From: an uncultured Anaerolineales bacterium
Lineage (GTDB): Bacteria; Planctomycetota; Phycisphaerae; FEN-1346
Length of the DNA: 60,252 nucleotides
Assembly (NCBI GenBank): GCA_964577175.1
Contig: CAZNYC010000005.1
Location: forward strand, 1-60,252
Direction of reading: 5' to 3'
A program made the translations under genes and the position numbers. Shown here one piece after another: positions 52,506 through 60,252 of this stretch (position 1 is its first letter; every line of letters begins with the position of its first letter). The notes under the pieces were generated by a model, which was not told the origin of the DNA, searched no databases, and saw nothing but the letters and a program-made list of their open reading frames with translations.

Positions 52506-54602
52506 ATGCCCCGCGACGTGCCCGTCGGCAACGGCAATCTGCTGGTGGCCTTCGACCGCTCGTATCATATCCGCGAGTTGTGCTACCCGCACGTCGGCCA
52601 GGAGAATCATAACGAGGGGAGCGTCTCGCGATTCGGCCTGTCCTGCGACGGCCGGTTCTCGTGGATGGGCGACGACGACTGGGACATCCGCCTGGACTAC
52701 GAACCCGAAACGCTCGTCACGCACGTCGTGTGCGACAGCGACCGCCTCGCCCTCCGCGTCGAGTGCGCCGACTGCGTCGACGTCGACGAGAACGTGTTCC
52801 TGCGTCGCATCACCGTCACCAACCGGGCGAAGAAAAGGCGTACGGTTCGCCTGTTCTTCAACCACGACTTCAACCTGTACGCCACCAAGGTGGGCGATAC
52901 GGCGTTCTACGATCCCGGGACGCAAAGCGTCATTCACTACAAGGCTCGCCGATATCTGCTTGCGAACTACGCCGTGCCCGACGGCAGCGGCGTGCAGGCG
53001 TATACGTGCGGCGCGAAGGAGGTGCGCGGCCTGGAGGGGACGTACCGCGACGCCGAGGACGGGCGCCTGGAGGGCGCCCCCATCGCCCAGGGCACCGTCG
53101 ACTCGACCGTCGCCGCCGACCTGGACCTCGAGGCCTCCGGGCGCGGCGTCGTCACCTACTGGATCGTGGCCGGCAAGGTGTACCAGGAGGTCCGGAAGAT
53201 CAACCGCCTGGTCCTCGACGAGGGGCCGGAGACGCTCATCCAGCGGACCCGCAACTACTGGCGCCTGTGGGTGAACAAGGAGGAGTTCAACTTCGAGGGC
53301 GTGCCGGAGGCGTTCGTCCGGCTGTTCAAGCGGAGCCAGTTGATCCTCCGGACGCAGATCGACAACGGCGGGGCGATCCTGGCCGCCAACGACAGCGACA
53401 TCATCGACGTCAATCGCGACACGTACGCCTACTGCTGGCCCCGCGACGGCGCCCTGGCCGCCTACGCCCTCATCAAGGCGGGGCACAGCGGCATCTCGCG
53501 GCGGTTCTTCCAGTACTGCGCCGACATTATTCACAAGGACGGGTACTTTCTGCATAAGTACAACTCGGACGGGTCGCTGGCCTCGTCCTGGCACCCGTGG
53601 CTGACCGACCACACCCCCCGGCTGCCCATCCAGGAGGACGAGACCGCCCTCGTCCTGTGGTCGATGTGGCGGCACTTCCAGAAGTTCCGCGACATCGAGT
53701 TCGCGGCCCCCTATTACCGGCCGATGATCGTGAAGGCGGCGGACTTCCTCCTCCGGCACACGGACGAGGAGACCGGCCTGCCCAAACCGTCGTACGACCT
53801 CTGGGAGGAACGGTGGGGCGTCCACACCTGGACCGTGGCCGCCGTCATTGCCGGCCTGCGGGCGGCGTCACGCTTCGCCGCCGCCTTCGGCGAACGCGAC
53901 CTCCACGACCGCTACGCCGAGGCGGCCGACCGCATGCACCAGGCCCTGCTCCACCACCTGTGGGACGAGGCGGCCGGCCGCTTCGCGCGCACCGCCACCC
54001 GGACCGCGGACGGCTACGACCGCGACGTGACCGTCGACGCCAGCCTGGCGGGGCCCGTCCTGTTCAGCGTCTTCAACCCGCACGACGACCGCGTCCAGGC
54101 GACGCTCGAGGCCATCCGCGAGCACCTCGCCGTCCACACCGACGTGGGCGGCCTGGCCCGCTACGCCGGCGACGACTGGCACCGAGTCGTGGACGACATG
54201 CAGCGCGTGCCGGGCAACCCGTGGTTCATCCCGTCGCTGTGGATGATGCGGTGCGACATCCTCCGCGCCCGGACGGAGGAGGAACTGGAGGCCGCGTTGG
54301 CGTGGATGAAGTGGGTCGTCCGCTGGGCACGGCCGTCCGGCGCCCTGGCCGAGCAACTCCACCCGGAGACGGGCGAGCCGATGGGCGTCTCGCCGCTGGC
54401 ATGGAGCCACGCCGAGGTCGTGGCCGCCCTGGTGGAGTACCTCGAGAAGCGGTGCCGCCTCGCCGAGGAGCGGGGCGAGATTCAGCACATCCATCAGCGC
54501 GGGCGATACGCCGACCGATACATGGCCCCGCACTGCTGGGAGAAGGCTCGCCCGGGCGCCGACCCGCCCTGCGGCGCTTCCGGCGAAGATGACGGCGCGT
54601 GA
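52506..54602 (+). CDS. Glycoside hydrolase family 15 protein (glucoamylase / glucodextranase / trehalase-like)
   Basis: N-terminal VGNGNLLVAFD, GAILAANDSD, YAYCWPRDGA, and DLWEERWGVHTWT (catalytic Glu context). ATG at 52506 inside ORF 52455..54602. Confidence 0.8.
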   Translation: MPRDVPVGNGNLLVAFDRSYHIRELCYPHVGQENHNEGSVSRFGLSCDGRFSWMGDDDWDIRLDYEPETLVTHVVCDSDRLALRVECADCVDVDENVFLRRITVTNRAKKRRTVRLFFNHDFNLYATKVGDTAFYDPGTQSVIHYKARRYLLANYAVPDGSGVQAYTCGAKEVRGLEGTYRDAEDGRLEGAPIAQGTVDSTVAADLDLEASGRGVVTYWIVAGKVYQEVRKINRLVLDEGPETLIQRTRNYWRLWVNKEEFNFEGVPEAFVRLFKRSQLILRTQIDNGGAILAANDSDIIDVNRDTYAYCWPRDGALAAYALIKAGHSGISRRFFQYCADIIHKDGYFLHKYNSDGSLASSWHPWLTDHTPRLPIQEDETALVLWSMWRHFQKFRDIEFAAPYYRPMIVKAADFLLRHTDEETGLPKPSYDLWEERWGVHTWTVAAVIAGLRAASRFAAAFGERDLHDRYAEAADRMHQALLHHLWDEAAGRFARTATRTADGYDRDVTVDASLAGPVLFSVFNPHDDRVQATLEAIREHLAVHTDVGGLARYAGDDWHRVVDDMQRVPGNPWFIPSLWMMRCDILRARTEEELEAALAWMKWVVRWARPSGALAEQLHPETGEPMGVSPLAWSHAEVVAALVEYLEKRCRLAEERGEIQHIHQRGRYADRYMAPHCWEKARPGADPPCGASGEDDGA

Positions 54603-54683
54603 CCGGCGTCCGCCTCACGCCCGGCGCCAAAGCGCGGCGGCCTGGAAAGACCGCCGCGAGGCAACCCCGCCAGGCAGGCACGC

Positions 54684-55250
54684 CTATTGCGGCTTCGTGT
54701 GGTGTCGCTCCACGAGTCCCTTGACGGCCTTGCCGACGCCGTCGGCCAGTTCGTCCGTGCCCGTCCGCACGACGCTCTTGACCGTACCCGTGACCATCGA
54801 CACCCCGAGCACCTGGTTGGAACCGGTGTCGATCAGTTCAATCTGCGCCGTCAGGAACGGATCGACGCCGCCCACGCCGATGGCCCGGAGGGCGGAGCCG
54901 CCCGGGTCGAAGTCCATGAACTTGCCGCGGATGAGCAGGCCGCCGGCGGCCGGCGCCCCCGCCTTCACGGACGTGAACATCCTCGTCTCGGTCAGGTGCC
55001 TGACGACGGCCTGCTGGACCTTGGCGGGCGCCGGGGCCGGAATGACGCCGCGCATGGGCGCCGTATCGAACGGCTCGACGCCGACGGTCTGGAACCGGTC
55101 CAGGGCCGTCTGGCCGCCCGCACTCTTGACTTCGTAGTACCGGGCACTGGCCCCCGTTACGCCGGAGATGGCCTGCTTCGCCGCCGTGCCGACGCAGCCC
55201 GTGCCAGCCACCAGTAACGCCAGCACGCTCACCAGAACGATGCGCTTCAT
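54684..55250 (-). CDS. Small lipoprotein of unknown function
   Basis: RBS AAAGGAG. MKRIVLVSVLALLVAGTGC lipobox. 188 aa. The longer ORF track N-terminus was rejected. Confidence 0.65.
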   Translation of the reverse strand: MKRIVLVSVLALLVAGTGCVGTAAKQAISGVTGASARYYEVKSAGGQTALDRFQTVGVEPFDTAPMRGVIPAPAPAKVQQAVVRHLTETRMFTSVKAGAPAAGGLLIRGKFMDFDPGGSALRAIGVGGVDPFLTAQIELIDTGSNQVLGVSMVTGTVKSVVRTGTDELADGVGKAVKGLVERHHTKPQ

Positions 55251-55372
55251 CGGAGTCTCCTTTAGGGATTCGCAAGGGCGGCAACGCCGGCCGCCGGGCG
55301 GCATTCTACCCGGCCGGCCGCGCCCGTGCAACGGCCTGTCGCCGTCTGGATGTCGGCTCGAAGGCGTCTATA

Positions 55373-55966
55373 ATGGCTCCGGGTTCCAACCGGAACGCTG
55401 TCATGCCGGACGACCAGACCCGCTACGTGACCCGGGCGGGGCTGAAACTCGACCACGCCCTCCGCACCTTCGGCCTGCAGGTGCGCGGGGCCGTCTGCGC
55501 CGACCTGGGAAGCCACCAGGGCGGATTCGTCGACTGTCTCCTCGCCCACGGCGCCACGCGCGTCTACGCGGTCGACACCTCCTACGGCACGCTGGCGTGG
55601 ACACTCCGCAAGGACCAGCGAGTCGTCGTCCTCGAGCGCACCAACGCCATGCACCTGTCGCTCGACGAGCCGGTGGACCTCGTGACGGTGGATGTGGGGT
55701 GGACGCGGCAGCGTCACATTCTGCCGGCTGCACGCGGGCTGCTGAAGGCCGGCGGCCGCATCGTAGCGCTCGTCAAACCGCAGTACGAGGCGCAGGAGGA
55801 CGAACGCGACGCGGGCGTCGTGCCGGAGGCAAACCTCGCGCCCGTTCTCGCGCGGGTGCGGGACGATGTGGCCGCGTGCGGGCTGGCCATCCGGGCGGAG
55901 ACGCGGTCGCCCCTGCGCGGCGGGGGCGGCAATGCCGAGTTCCTCTTCCTCCTTGCGCCGGCCTGA
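55373..55966 (+). CDS. TlyA/FtsJ-like SAM-dependent RNA 2'-O-methyltransferase lacking the N-terminal S4 domain
   Basis: YVTRAGLKLDHAL, CADLGSHQGGFVDCLLAHGATRVYAVDTSYG, ALVKPQYE, GNAEFLFLL. An alternative ATG lies at 55403. A TATAAT hexamer overlaps the ATG at 55373. Confidence 0.65.
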   Translation: MAPGSNRNAVMPDDQTRYVTRAGLKLDHALRTFGLQVRGAVCADLGSHQGGFVDCLLAHGATRVYAVDTSYGTLAWTLRKDQRVVVLERTNAMHLSLDEPVDLVTVDVGWTRQRHILPAARGLLKAGGRIVALVKPQYEAQEDERDAGVVPEANLAPVLARVRDDVAACGLAIRAETRSPLRGGGGNAEFLFLLAPA

Positions 55967-56009
55967 GCGCCGCGCCTCGAAGAGCAGAGCATTTTAACTG
56001 TGCATGGTA

Positions 56010-56037
56010 GCGCGGCGGGTCTCCGCACCCACCGCGC
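56010..56037. repeat. Single REP-type hairpin GCGCGGCGGG-TCTCCGCA-CCCACCGCGC between convergent genes
   Basis: Read directly. One mismatch in the stem. Followed by AAAC, as in other copies. Confidence 0.6.
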
Positions 56038-56064
56038 AAACCGCCCACTTAGAGCCTTGTCGTG

Positions 56065-56670
56065 CTAATCCGCCGTCGGGTCGCCCGGCAGGGGCACGTA
56101 CGGCTCGGCGAGGAGGCGTTCGATGCGGTCGGCGAGCACCTGCTCGTAGCCGGGCGGGAGCCCGCGGAAAACGGTCCGCACCACCCCCTGCCGATCCATC
56201 AGGACGAGCGTCGGCAGCCGCCGCGCCACCTCCGCCGAGTCCCGCAACTCCCGCCACACGGCCTCTTTCCCAAGGGCCAGGGGAAACGAAATCTTGAACC
56301 CCTCGCGGAAGACGCGGACGGATTCGCGCGCCTGCGTCGCATCCGACGTCCGCTCATACGCCAGGCCCACGAGTTCGAACCGCCGCGACCGGTACCGCTC
56401 GTAGACGCTGACCATCAGCGGCACGGTCCGCCGGCAGTCCTCCGACCACGTGCCGAACAGGTAGAAGACGACGACGCGGCCGCGGAGGTCGGCGAGGGTC
56501 ACCTCGCCCCCCTCCACCGCCGGGGCGGAACGGAACGTATCGAAACGGAACAGCGTGGAGTAAACGGGACCCCTCGGGCGGTGAGGTTCCTCCTCGTCGC
56601 CGCATCCGGCGGCCGCGACGGCACACCCGAGGGCGACGGCCAGGCGGAGGGCTCCTGCGGGCCCGGTCAT
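56065..56670 (-). CDS. TlpA/redoxin-like thioredoxin-fold lipoprotein with SxxC in place of CxxC
   Basis: The ATG at 56668-56670 overlaps the thiC TGA (ATGA). Lipobox AVAAAGC. VVVFYLFGTWSEDCRRTVP where FWATWCxPC is expected. The upstream part of ORF 56065..57414 was rejected. Confidence 0.65.
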   Translation of the reverse strand: MTGPAGALRLAVALGCAVAAAGCGDEEEPHRPRGPVYSTLFRFDTFRSAPAVEGGEVTLADLRGRVVVFYLFGTWSEDCRRTVPLMVSVYERYRSRRFELVGLAYERTSDATQARESVRVFREGFKISFPLALGKEAVWRELRDSAEVARRLPTLVLMDRQGVVRTVFRGLPPGYEQVLADRIERLLAEPYVPLPGDPTAD

Positions 56671-57953
56671 GAGCGGGCGTCCTTGCCGGACCGCACCTTG
56701 AACACGCAGTAGTCGCCGCACATGGAACACACGTCGCCGTGCGCCGGCCGGCGCGCCTCGCGGAGGCTGCGGGCCCGCTCCGGGTCCAGGGCCTCGGCGA
56801 GTTGGGTGTCCCAGTCCTGCCGCCCGCGGGCCTGGCTGATGCGGCGGTCCCACGCGACGGCATCCGCCCGGCCGCGGGCCACGTCTGCCGCATGCGCCGC
56901 GATGCGCGAGGCGATGACGCCCTCGCGCACGTCCTCCGGGCGCGGCAGGCCGAGGTGCTCGGTCGGCGTCACGTAGCAGAGGAAGTCGGCGCCGCACATG
57001 GCGGCCAAGGCCCCGCCGATCGCCCCCGTGATGTGGTCGTACCCCGGGGCCACGTCCGTCACGATCGGGCCGAGAACGTAAAACGGCAGCCCGCCCGTCA
57101 TCTCCTTCTGGAGGCGAATCTGGGCCTCGACCTGGTCGAGCGGCACGTGGCCGGGGCCTTCCAGCATGACCTGGACGCCGGCGTCGATCGCCCGCCGCGA
57201 CAGGTCCGCCAGGACCACCAGTTCTTCCACCTGGGGCGCGTCCATGGCGTCGGCGATCGCGCCGGGACGCAGGCCGTCGCCCAGGCTGAGGGTGACGTCG
57301 TGCTCGCGGCAGATGTCGAGAAGTTCGTCGAACCGTTCGAACAGCGGGTTTTCCTGCCCGTGGCGGCCGATCCAGTGGGCGAGGAACGTGCCGCCCCGGC
57401 TCACGATGCCGCACACGCGGCGCCCGATGGCCTCGGATTCCACGATGCGGCGCGTGACGCCGCAGTGCACCGTCACGAAATCGACGCCGTCCTCGGCGTG
57501 GCGGCGGACGGCGGCGAGCATGTCATCGGCCGCCATGCGCCCGACGTCGCCGTGGGCGCGGGCGGCGCCGGCGGCCGCCTCGTAAATCGGGACCGTGCCG
57601 ACCGTCACGGCGCAGGCGTCCATCAACCGCCGACGGATGGCCGGCACGTCGCCCCCGGTCGAGAGGTCCATGACGGTGTCGGCGTCCGCCTCGACGGCGG
57701 CGCGGACCTTCGCGAGTTCCATCTCGACGTCGGCATAGTCCGGGCTCGTGCCGAGATTCGCATTGACCTTGACGCGAAGTCCCTGCCCGATGCCGGTAAC
57801 CTGCGTGGCCACACGGTGCTTATTGTGGGGGATGACGACGCGGCCGTCCGCGACGCGGCTGCGAACGGTTTCCGGATCCGCGGCTTCGGTCTCGGCGACC
57901 GTCCGGACGGCGTCGCTGATCTTGCCCTGTCTTGCCAGTTCCATCTGAGTCAT
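56667..57953 (-). CDS. thiC: Phosphomethylpyrimidine synthase
   Basis: MTQMELARQGKISD, NANLGTSPD, VMDLSTGGD, TVHCGV, IVSRGG, GPGHVPL, and the C-terminal CSMCGDYC cluster. A GTG at 57983 is an alternative start. Confidence 0.92.
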   Translation of the reverse strand: MTQMELARQGKISDAVRTVAETEAADPETVRSRVADGRVVIPHNKHRVATQVTGIGQGLRVKVNANLGTSPDYADVEMELAKVRAAVEADADTVMDLSTGGDVPAIRRRLMDACAVTVGTVPIYEAAAGAARAHGDVGRMAADDMLAAVRRHAEDGVDFVTVHCGVTRRIVESEAIGRRVCGIVSRGGTFLAHWIGRHGQENPLFERFDELLDICREHDVTLSLGDGLRPGAIADAMDAPQVEELVVLADLSRRAIDAGVQVMLEGPGHVPLDQVEAQIRLQKEMTGGLPFYVLGPIVTDVAPGYDHITGAIGGALAAMCGADFLCYVTPTEHLGLPRPEDVREGVIASRIAAHAADVARGRADAVAWDRRISQARGRQDWDTQLAEALDPERARSLREARRPAHGDVCSMCGDYCVFKVRSGKDARS

Positions 57954-58839
57954 TCGCGTGGGCGCTCCGTTTCGACGATTCACGGCGTGTCGACCCGCGG
58001 CGTTTGGGGTTGGACGTCTTGCCGCCGCGCGCCTGTTTCTTCGAGGCGGAGCGGCGTCCCGGGGGCTTGCTCCGCTTCGTGCGTTTGCCGCCCCGCGCCT
58101 GCTCGTCGGCGCCGGGGTCGGTATCGGGCAGTTCCTTGAGGTATTCTATCTCCTGGCGGGTCAGGCGTCGAGCCTTGCCGGCGCCGAGGCCGCGGATGCT
58201 GAGCCGTCCGATCCGCGTCCGCACGAGGTCCCGCACGGGATGGCCGAGCCGGGCGAGCATCCGCCGGACCTGGCGGTTGCGTCCCTCGCGGAGGGTGATG
58301 ATCAGGACGGACCGTGAGCGAGTCCGCTTGACGACCTTGACGCGCGGCGGGGCGGTCTTGCCCTCCGCCAAATGTACGCCCTTCAGGAGCCGCTGCACCT
58401 CCTTGCCGGTCACGCGGCCGTCGACGGTGGCCTGGTACGTCTTCGGCACCTCGTATCGCGGGTGCGTCAGGCGGTTGGCAAGCGTGCCGTCGTTCGTCAG
58501 AAGCAGCAGGCCCTGCGAGTCGGCGTCGAGCCGGCCGACCGGAAAAAGCCGCGCGTCCGACTGCGGGACCAGGTCCACGGGCCGGGTCCGTCCGGCGGGG
58601 TCGTCGTTCGTGCAGACGACGCCCTTCGGCTTGTTGAGGATCCAGTATTCGAGCGGTTCACGGCGGAGGCGGCGCCCGTCGAGGCGCACGTCCTGCGTCT
58701 CGAGGTCCGCCTTGGCCCCGAGTTCGGAGACGACCTCGCCGTCGACCGTCACGCGGCCGGCGGTGACGATGTCTTCCGAGGCGCGGCGCGAGGCCACGCC
58801 CGCCCGTGCCAGGATTTTCTGAAGCCGTTCGAGGGCCAT
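57820..58839 (-). CDS. rluB: 23S rRNA pseudouridine synthase (RluB/RsuA family) with a long Arg/Lys-rich C-terminal tail
   Basis: S4 domain LERLQKILARAGVASRRASEDIV. Catalytic motif GRLDADSQGLLLLTNDG. PKTYQATVDG. ATG at 58837-58839. The tail reading frame runs 134 nt into thiC. Confidence 0.85.
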   Translation of the reverse strand: MALERLQKILARAGVASRRASEDIVTAGRVTVDGEVVSELGAKADLETQDVRLDGRRLRREPLEYWILNKPKGVVCTNDDPAGRTRPVDLVPQSDARLFPVGRLDADSQGLLLLTNDGTLANRLTHPRYEVPKTYQATVDGRVTGKEVQRLLKGVHLAEGKTAPPRVKVVKRTRSRSVLIITLREGRNRQVRRMLARLGHPVRDLVRTRIGRLSIRGLGAGKARRLTRQEIEYLKELPDTDPGADEQARGGKRTKRSKPPGRRSASKKQARGGKTSNPKRRGSTRRESSKRSAHANDSDGTGKTGQDQRRRPDGRRDRSRGSGNRSQPRRGRPRRHPPQ

Positions 58840-58873
58840 GCCGACCTGCCGTTTCACAGCCGTCTATCGAGCC

Positions 58874-58898
58874 CGGCGGGTGCGGAGACCCGCCGCGC
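58874..58898. repeat. Single REP-type hairpin CGGCGGG-TGCGGAGA-CCCGCCGCGC
   Basis: Same sequence as the second half of the doublet at 46347-46374. Followed by AAAC. Confidence 0.6.
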
Positions 58899-59091
58899 AA
58901 ACGTGCCTGGCGGGGGGCATGGCGTATCCTGAAACCCGCCGCGGAGGCGTTCTTGTACGTCGCGCGCCAATCGAATCAGTGTATCACACGGCGCGGGGGT
59001 CCGGCAACGCGGAAACCGCGTTCCCTTGCGGGCCGCGGCCGGGTTTGAGAAGATAACGGCCTTGCGTGCCCCGTCACGAGGGGAGACTGCC

Positions 59092-60081
59092 ATGCGCTGC
59101 TGCGTCGCCATCGGATGTGCCGTGCTCGTTTCGACGATCGTGCCGTTGCAAACCGCCGCGGCAGCCGACCCGCCGGGCGGGGCCCTTGCCGGCGAGAAGC
59201 CCCGCGTCATCGTCTCGACCGACGTCGGCGGGTCCGACCCGGACGATTTCCAGTCCATGGTCCACCTGCTTGTCTATGCCGACGTGCTGGACCTGGAAGG
59301 GCTCGTCTCTTCGCCCCCCAAGGGCGGTCGGACGAAGCATCTGCATGAGGTCATCGACGCATACGCAGAAGACTACGCGAACCTGAAGGCCCACGCCCCC
59401 GCCTATCCCTCGCCCGAGGCCCTCCGCGCGGTCGTGAAACAGGGGGCGGTGGACCCTGCCCCGACGGAGGGTTTCAGCCGGCCGACGGAGGGGTCGCGGT
59501 GGATCCTCCAGCGGGCCCGGGCCGACGCCGGCCGGCCCCTGTGGGTGCTCGTGTGGGGTGCCATCACCGACGTGGCCCAGGCCGTCCACGATGCGCCGGA
59601 CATCAAGAAGCGCCTGCGGGTCTACAGCATCGGCTCGTGGAACACGCGGCAGGACCCGGCGGCACGGACGTACCTCTTCGATCGCCACAACGACCTCTGG
59701 TGGATCGAGAGCGACACCACCTTTCGCGGCATGTACATGGGCGGCACGCAGGACGGCGACCTGGGGAACCGCACGTTCGTCGAGCGGCACGTCAAGGGGC
59801 ACGGCGCGCTCGGCCGTCTCTTCGTCGCCAAGAAACGTGACATCAAGATGGGCGACACGCCGTCCGTCCTCTACCTCTTCCGCGGCGACCCGGACGACCC
59901 GGCGGCGCCGCACTGGGGCGGCTCGTACCGCCAGACCGGTCACGGTCCCCACACCTGGACCGACCGGACGGACCCCGACCTGAAGGACCGCGGCAAACCC
60001 GGCGCCAAGACCGTCAACCGGTGGCGGGAGGATTACCTGCGCGACTGGCAGCGGCGGATGGACCGGGCGCGGGCGAAGTGA
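59092..60081 (+). CDS. Secreted DUF1593 protein (nucleoside hydrolase-like domain of Sde182-type proteins)
   Basis: RBS AGGGGAG. Signal MRCCVAIGCAVLVSTIVPLQTAAA. RVIVSTDVGGSDPDDFQSMVHLLVYAD, typical of DUF1593. Confidence 0.7.
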   Translation: MRCCVAIGCAVLVSTIVPLQTAAAADPPGGALAGEKPRVIVSTDVGGSDPDDFQSMVHLLVYADVLDLEGLVSSPPKGGRTKHLHEVIDAYAEDYANLKAHAPAYPSPEALRAVVKQGAVDPAPTEGFSRPTEGSRWILQRARADAGRPLWVLVWGAITDVAQAVHDAPDIKKRLRVYSIGSWNTRQDPAARTYLFDRHNDLWWIESDTTFRGMYMGGTQDGDLGNRTFVERHVKGHGALGRLFVAKKRDIKMGDTPSVLYLFRGDPDDPAAPHWGGSYRQTGHGPHTWTDRTDPDLKDRGKPGAKTVNRWREDYLRDWQRRMDRARAK

Positions 60082-60103
60082 CGGCGGCGACCCCCGCCGA
60101 CGG

Positions 60104-60252
60104 TCAGGCCGACTCCTCGGTCATCGGCGGGAGGTGTTTGTCCGACAGGCCGATCTCGTGGGCGATATCCCGAAACTCTTTCTTCGAGATATCATTGAGG
60201 CTCTTGCCGCGGTCGCGGAGTTTCTCGTTGAACTTGACGGCCGTCTCCTGCA
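60104..60252 (-). CDS. 3' end of an unidentified gene (partial, runs off the window)
   Basis: Manual translation gives an open frame ...QETAVKFNEKLRDRGKSLNDISKKEFRDIAHEIGLSDKHLPPMTEESA, with the stop at 60104-60106. Composition looks like real coding sequence, but no family was recognised. Confidence 0.35.
   Translation of the reverse strand, partial: QETAVKFNEKLRDRGKSLNDISKKEFRDIAHEIGLSDKHLPPMTEESA

Noticed and set aside
57954-58400. Expected TPP riboswitch upstream of thiC
   Set aside because: The region is rluB coding sequence, and no CTGAGA or pyrimidine-sensor core motif was seen by eye. It is reported as an absence in the findings and needs a covariance-model search to be definitive.

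Overview
Very GC-rich, densely coded bacterial chromosomal segment of about 60 kb. Most long six-frame ORFs lying antisense to real genes are GC-driven shadow ORFs. Gene content points, by inference only, to a Planctomycetota/PVC-type organism, possibly Phycisphaerae-like: two PEP-CTERM-tagged secreted proteins (one a 4197-aa giant), an anSME-like radical SAM enzyme with a SEC-C tail, DUF1593, a long PstA and a porin O/P.

Housekeeping genes: ligA, rsmE, tRNA-Arg(UCU), thiC, rluB, an M50 site-2 protease, several dehydrogenases and a GH15 hydrolase. A complete Pho module is present: phoB-phoR (probably extended by a metallophosphoesterase and an SDR), divergent from pstS-pstC-pstA-pstB-phoU, followed by an OprO/P-like porin. 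Five gene junctions show 4-nt ATGA/GTGA start-stop overlaps, indicating translational coupling.

Most interesting observations:
1. Two tandem paralogous secreted proteins of about 610 aa from no family I recognise, with a conserved C-terminal Cys-His-Asp arrangement resembling a transglutaminase/papain-like core.
2. A three-gene operon of a membrane-anchored Cys-rich periplasmic protein (mature N-terminus CSVPVYRYALERW) with a MacB/FtsX-type ABC transporter.
3. A 4197-aa PATR / PA14-like / dockerin-like / PEP-CTERM surface protein.
4. At least four families of interspersed palindromic or MITE-like repeats filling nearly every long intergenic region. These include REPIN-like inverted doublets, a MITE nested in another MITE with an 8-bp target duplication, and a MITE whose core is inverted relative to its arms between copies.
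5. Identically phased CTTAAnC direct repeats upstream of pstS and the porin, which are candidate Pho boxes.
6. A translationally coupled pair of pseudo-receiver proteins, the second being REC-like + GAF + degenerate GGDEF.

No CRISPR array, transposase, integrase or rRNA gene was seen. All functional calls rest on motif recognition by eye; no database search or alignment was run.
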